Sequence record: MN642089.1 | Direction: 5' to 3' (one strand) | Length of the DNA stretch: 64,000 nucleotides | Origin: Klebsiella phage N1M2 | Shown: positions 59,978 through 64,000 of the stretch, in pieces | How positions within the stretch are numbered: position 1 is the first letter of the stretch | Layout of the letters: each line of letters opens with the position of its first letter | Notes under the pieces: generated by a model | Told to the model about the DNA's origin: nothing | Databases searched by the model: none | What the model saw: only the letters and a program-made list of their open reading frames with translations | Translations under genes and position numbers: made by a program

Positions 59978-60054
59978 TGGTCCGCTCTGCTGGGCTCGAA
60001 CCAGCGACCGATTGCTTAGAAGGCAATTGCTCTATCCTACTGAGCTAAGAGCGG
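59978..60054 (-). tRNA. tRNA-Arg (anticodon TCT)
   Basis: Acceptor CCGCTCT/AGAGCGG, D-arm GCTC-AGTAGGATA-GAGC, anticodon stem ATTGC/GCAAT with loop CTTCTAA, T-arm GCTGG-TTCGAGC-CCAGC, CCA encoded. Confidence 0.85.
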
Positions 60055-60065
60055 TGAATAGCTAT

Positions 60066-60150
60066 CGGGAGTAAGATTCGAACCTACATAGTCTTACGGA
60101 CGTATCCGCCTTCGAATTCCCTCACTAAGTTTAAATAGACTATCCCGAAA
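60066..60150 (-). ncRNA. tRNA-like element with canonical T-arm (GTAGG-TTCGAAT-CTTAC) but unresolved or degenerate cloverleaf
   Basis: + strand GATTCGAACC marks a minus-strand T-loop; a 6-bp acceptor-like pairing TCGGGA/TCCCGA; a long-range ATAGTCT/AGACTAT pairing suggests an insertion or non-canonical fold. Confidence 0.3.
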
Positions 60151-60374
60151 AGTGGCACTTATGATAGGTCTCGAGGTCAGGACTCTAACCTGACTACTGC
60201 GATGATGTCCAGTGGTAGAAACTAATCATCCACCATCACATCACTGCGATGTCTTCAACGACATCCTCGAAGTTGGAATTACACACCGAGTAACCGATAG
60301 GTGGGAAGTGGATCCCAGGTATGCGTTTTAGGCCCTGGCCTGTTGTACCCCGGTTGCACTCAGCATGTAATAGT

Positions 60375-60448
60375 TGGCTGGGGTAGTTGGGATTGAACCA
60401 ACGTCCAGGGATTAACAGTCCCCCGCTAAACCACTCAGCTATACCCCA
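60375..60448 (-). tRNA. tRNA-Asn (anticodon GTT)
   Basis: Acceptor TGGGGTA/TACCCCA, anticodon stem GGGGA/TCCCT with loop CTGTTAA, T-arm GTTGG-TTCAATC-CCAAC, CCA encoded; its 5-prime end abuts the HNH stop codon. Confidence 0.75.
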
Positions 60449-60916
60449 TTAAACTTTTGGCTCTATTCCTTGTTTAATACAGTTGTTGCGATATCCATCC
60501 AAATCGAATATCCCATCAACCATATTCTTCATTAGGGTTTTCATCCCCAATCCAGTTCCCTTTGCTGCCTTTCTTGCAGAAGAATAAACTACATTACCCA
60601 CGGTCCAACCATTTGGTCTAGACATCTTAACATGATTGCTCCTATGAACCTTTTCGGAATCTTTCCAATTATCCTTATGGGTTCCTATGGCAATATGTAA
60701 AGGAGAACAACATAATCTATTCCCGCACAAGTGCCTGACAACTGTATTTGGTTTTAGAGTTCCATAAATGTGGGTTGCTACTAATCGATGTGTCGTCCAG
60801 TGTTCACCATCAATAGTTATTTGACCATAACCTTCCCTAGTGCTTTTGGTCCAATTCCAGCAGCCGGTATCGGAATCAAATTTTACATTAGTAAAAACCA
60901 ATTTAACTTTTGACAT
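60449..60916 (-). CDS. HNH homing endonuclease
   Basis: HRLVATHIYG...VRHLCGNRLCCSPLHIAIGTHKDN HNH-family motif; internal Met MSKVKLVF (60916) chosen as start, since the upstream 46 codons of the track ORF overlap a hairpin and a tRNA-like sequence. Confidence 0.7.
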   Translation of the reverse strand: MSKVKLVFTNVKFDSDTGCWNWTKSTREGYGQITIDGEHWTTHRLVATHIYGTLKPNTVVRHLCGNRLCCSPLHIAIGTHKDNWKDSEKVHRSNHVKMSRPNGWTVGNVVYSSARKAAKGTGLGMKTLMKNMVDGIFDLDGYRNNCIKQGIEPKV

Positions 60917-61627
60917 ATTAATTCCCGTTCTACCGACTGAACTACATGAGCTTGGGCGGGAGTCACTAGCTCCCAGGTCAGACAATGTCCAACTGTAACT
61001 CGGTTTGATTACCTCACGGCAACCCTGCTCTGGCATCACATGGGTCTCACCCATTATCCCCCAGACTTGGCCTACGATGGCTCCTTTGGCGCACCCAACC
61101 CGAAACGCTCGCTCAAAGACTTATCGTAATAAAGCTTTAAGCAAGAGTTTAACCCACTTGACATCTAAGTCAGCACTGATTCTTACTTGCAATTCAACAA
61201 TCAGTTTCGGTTTACCTGACACCTTGGTCAATGTATCACCCGGTTTGTATCTATCACTTTTGGAAGGGCAGTGGGTTATTTGGTTTTGTCTGCGATAGCT
61301 TGGACCCTGCTCATCTGGATCTCTTCTCCGTGAGGACTGAAAGCACTATTCAAGACTAACGCTTAGTATAACGAAGTATATCTAAGATTCCGAACTTAAT
61401 CGGTAGTTGTTGAGTATCGTAGAGGGACTCGTTTCCAAATTGTGGTCCTACCATTATACAACACTAGTTAGGCTGGAACATGTAATCGCTAGTGAAGTTC
61501 CTATTCGCTGCAACGCGGGCCTAGGAAGGGAATTGGCGAACCGGCTGATCGAGGCGAATGACCATGGCTTAATCATTTCTTTTAGTGTCAACCAGTTCTT
61601 GTTCTTAACAGAGTATAGTAAGTTCTG

Positions 61628-61849
61628 TTAATTAAATAATTTTGGTGGTGATATGATATTGGGGCGAGGTCTATAAGTCATCATGCACTTATCTATTCCT
61701 TCCTCTCCCTTTTCATTCCATATCTTAATGATTTCCTTTTCATCCAAGTACTTGCTTAAGAACTTGATCTTCCTTAGAACCCTGTCTGTCCATAGATTGG
61801 ATTTGTTCTTAGCACCCCACCACGATCTGAAGCTAATCTTCACACTCAT
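61628..61849 (-). CDS. small basic hypothetical protein (73 aa)
   Basis: ORF only; overlaps the next gene by 17 nt. Confidence 0.35.
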   Translation of the reverse strand: MSVKISFRSWWGAKNKSNLWTDRVLRKIKFLSKYLDEKEIIKIWNEKGEEGIDKCMMTYRPRPNIISPPKLFN

Positions 61850-62078
61850 CCCACAGCTTCCAGTCTTCTGCTAAGAGATCAGATACTGAAGGAACCCAGG
61901 TATTGGTGATGAGTCTAACACTATCAACAATAATGAAGAAAGGTTTGATCCCAGGCACATTGTGAATACTCACGTAAAGACCTTTACCGTTCCAACCATT
62001 ACGTTGGTATTTCTTCCCTTCCTTTAGTCCTTCCAGAACTTCTGAGAAAGTAAGTAATTTAACTTTAGTCATATTCAT
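61833..62078 (-). CDS. small hypothetical protein (81 aa)
   Basis: Track ORF 61833..62183 trimmed to the internal MNMTKVKLL start, which is preceded by RBS aaagga. Confidence 0.45.
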   Translation of the reverse strand: MNMTKVKLLTFSEVLEGLKEGKKYQRNGWNGKGLYVSIHNVPGIKPFFIIVDSVRLITNTWVPSVSDLLAEDWKLWDECED

Positions 62079-62892
62079 TCCTTTAGGAAAAAGGCCCCAC
62101 ACCAAATACAAGGGCATGGGGCAAAGGGAAGTCCAATGGAACACATTAACCATTGGACCAAGCAGTAACCAGCTGGCGGTCACGCTTTTAATGTGGACTT
62201 GTTAGATCACATTAAAAGTGCCAGAGATTCATTTCTCTGGCTGCTCAAAATAAGCTTAAAGCGTTTGATTTTGGAGAAGTTGAGGCGTCAACTTCCATAT
62301 GTGTATTTCAGAAAACAAACATATGGAAGTAGGGTCTTTCGACCCTTCCAACCTCACTGAAGACTTCCTTGCCTTCCCTAGGAATACTATTTCTAATACT
62401 CTTAGGGAAAGCAAATGCATACCAGGAAAAGTAGTATGCACTCACCTTCTTACCTATTGTGAAGATATCAAAGCCGCGGAGCACGATCCCTTCTTTATAT
62501 TCACTCTTTCTAATTGAATGAATTATAAAGAAAGGGGGAAGGGCAGACTTCCCACCTTTGGTACAGGAGTGATGAACAATGGCCACAAAAACCCGGCAAT
62601 GAGCATTAGTGGTAGAAGCACGATGGCAGTTCGTGATTCTTTAAATGGACTTATTCTAATTAAGATCACTTAAAGAATCAGAGATATTAATCGTGACATA
62701 ATATCTCTGGCCTGTGTATTTAATCACAGCAAACGTGTTATGAGCAATGCAACTTGAACAACAAAAAGAGAAGTGGAAGAAGTTCACTTTTTGTTACATA
62801 ATATAAATAAGTTCCATTATTAAATAAATAGATATTATTAGATTGAATATACGTTGATATTAATTCTAACTTTAAGTATAGAGGAACTTATT

Positions 62893-63507
62893 ATGCATAT
62901 CCCAGAAACTGAACTCACTCGTCTGCGTAAAATCATCATCAACACCCTGACTGAGAAGTTTCATGTGAATCAAGTGACCGTAGAACAGGTCGACACTTCT
63001 AAGTTATATGAAGGTCATATTTGGGAGTCTGAAGTTTACGCTTTTGAGTTTATCATTAACGGTACTGATCGTTATATTACTTTTTGTACTCTGCGTTATG
63101 GGCGGACAATGTTTACCAGAGCTAAGCAGGGCATCTGTCCATCACTAGCTAAATTAATTAGACCGCATGACTTTGGGCTAATGGCTACTGGCGATTATTT
63201 AAATCGTAATGATGTGATAGGTAAGTTCATCGAGTGTCAGATAAACTTGAAAGCCCATCAACACCTACAGAGTTATTTTGCAGGTCATGCTGCCATTACC
63301 AATAAAGAATACGATGTCGCCATCGGCTACGACATTACTCGTCGACACAAAACCACAATGACCTTTGACTGTATTTTTGAAATCCTAGTCAAAGAGAAGA
63401 ATACCATTGACTTCACCAAGTATTCTGGAATGATGATCAATGGCTCCCTCACCATGTTGAATGATGTCAATGGTAAGAGTGTTAATATCAGGGACATCTT
63501 CATCTAA
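62893..63507 (+). CDS. hypothetical protein (204 aa)
   Basis: Track ORF 62854..63507; the ATG at 62893 preceded by RBS agaggaa is preferred. Confidence 0.6.
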   Translation: MHIPETELTRLRKIIINTLTEKFHVNQVTVEQVDTSKLYEGHIWESEVYAFEFIINGTDRYITFCTLRYGRTMFTRAKQGICPSLAKLIRPHDFGLMATGDYLNRNDVIGKFIECQINLKAHQHLQSYFAGHAAITNKEYDVAIGYDITRRHKTTMTFDCIFEILVKEKNTIDFTKYSGMMINGSLTMLNDVNGKSVNIRDIFI

Positions 63508-63521
63508 CAAAAAGGTAAGGT

Positions 63522-63878
63522 ATGAATATATACACTACCATCTTACTTGTCCTATCAATAGGACCGATTAGCGCTCTCCTGATTCGATACCTGTGGGTTC
63601 GATATGAGAGAAAACTAAACAACAACATGAGCAGCGATCATATTGATTGCGATTTCAACAAACAGAAGGAATATCCTATGGCCCGTAAAACGCCTAAACA
63701 AGCTAAGAAAGTTAAAATGAACGAACAGTCTATCAGTCGTCGCGAGATGATTCACTTGGACTATCTTAATGTCTATAACGAAGTGTTGAAGCATGAAGAA
63801 GTGCTCGACCTTGATATTGACATCATCCTGGAAGCTACTAAGACTGTGTTCAGTAATGAGCGTCCTTGTCTAAACTAG
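63522..63878 (+). CDS. small membrane protein (118 aa)
   Basis: N-terminal TM helix ILLVLSIGPISALLIRYLWV. Confidence 0.55.
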   Translation: MNIYTTILLVLSIGPISALLIRYLWVRYERKLNNNMSSDHIDCDFNKQKEYPMARKTPKQAKKVKMNEQSISRREMIHLDYLNVYNEVLKHEEVLDLDIDIILEATKTVFSNERPCLN

Positions 63879-64000
63879 CATCATCTCCAACTCCGGAAGA
63901 GCTGGAAGCCCTGGTTGAGAAAGTTCTCGTACACCTGGACGGTTTGAAACTCATTTCCAAAGAAGTCCATAGTTTGCTTCAAAAATAATCAACACCATAA

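Noticed and set aside
1-64000. CRISPR arrays, integrase, transposase and attachment sites
   Set aside because: No spaced direct-repeat arrays were seen. No tyrosine or serine recombinase or DDE transposase motifs were recognised. The tRNA genes are intact rather than truncated by an integration event.

Overview
This window is a gene-dense, largely co-linear segment of a large tailed-phage genome, with roughly 42% GC and about 70 genes separated by rho-independent hairpin terminators. Several genes carry sequence signatures typical of phiKZ-like jumbo phages, though that family assignment is an inference from motifs rather than a confirmed match. First, a 538-aa protein carries a GGDFDGD motif, which resembles the catalytic NADFDGD loop of multisubunit RNA polymerase beta-prime; it ends shortly after the motif and is followed by a 1446-aa partner protein. 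Second, a modular endolysin combines two peptidoglycan-binding repeats with an SLT-type transglycosylase domain. Third, a 2395-aa virion-type giant protein carries a glycoside hydrolase family 19 (GH19)-like lysozyme domain. The most distinctive feature is in the terminase large subunit (1136 aa), which is interrupted in its Walker-A P-loop (RQSGK|T) by a 360-aa intein. This intein carries two LAGLIDADG homing-endonuclease motifs, begins with Ala rather than Cys/Ser, and ends with His-Asn followed by Thr. Other recognisable genes encode an SNF2-type helicase, a thymidylate-kinase-like protein, a glutaredoxin, an HD-domain protein and an HNH homing endonuclease. The 3-prime end of the window (about 58.4-62.9 kb) is ORF-poor and RNA-rich. 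It holds three clear minus-strand tRNAs (Met/Ile2-CAT, Arg-TCT, Asn-GTT), a degenerate tRNA-like element, a tRNA 5-prime-half-like sequence fused to the HNH gene start, and a 1.1-kb GC-rich ORF-less block that may encode structured RNA. Repeated elements include a family of near-identical hairpin terminators with two identical 42-nt copies, a recurring TATATTAT promoter-like box with a conserved RBS context, a consensus sigma70 promoter, and two perfect palindromes in a divergent intergenic region. No CRISPR array, integrase or transposase was seen. Function calls are motif-based and no database search was possible.
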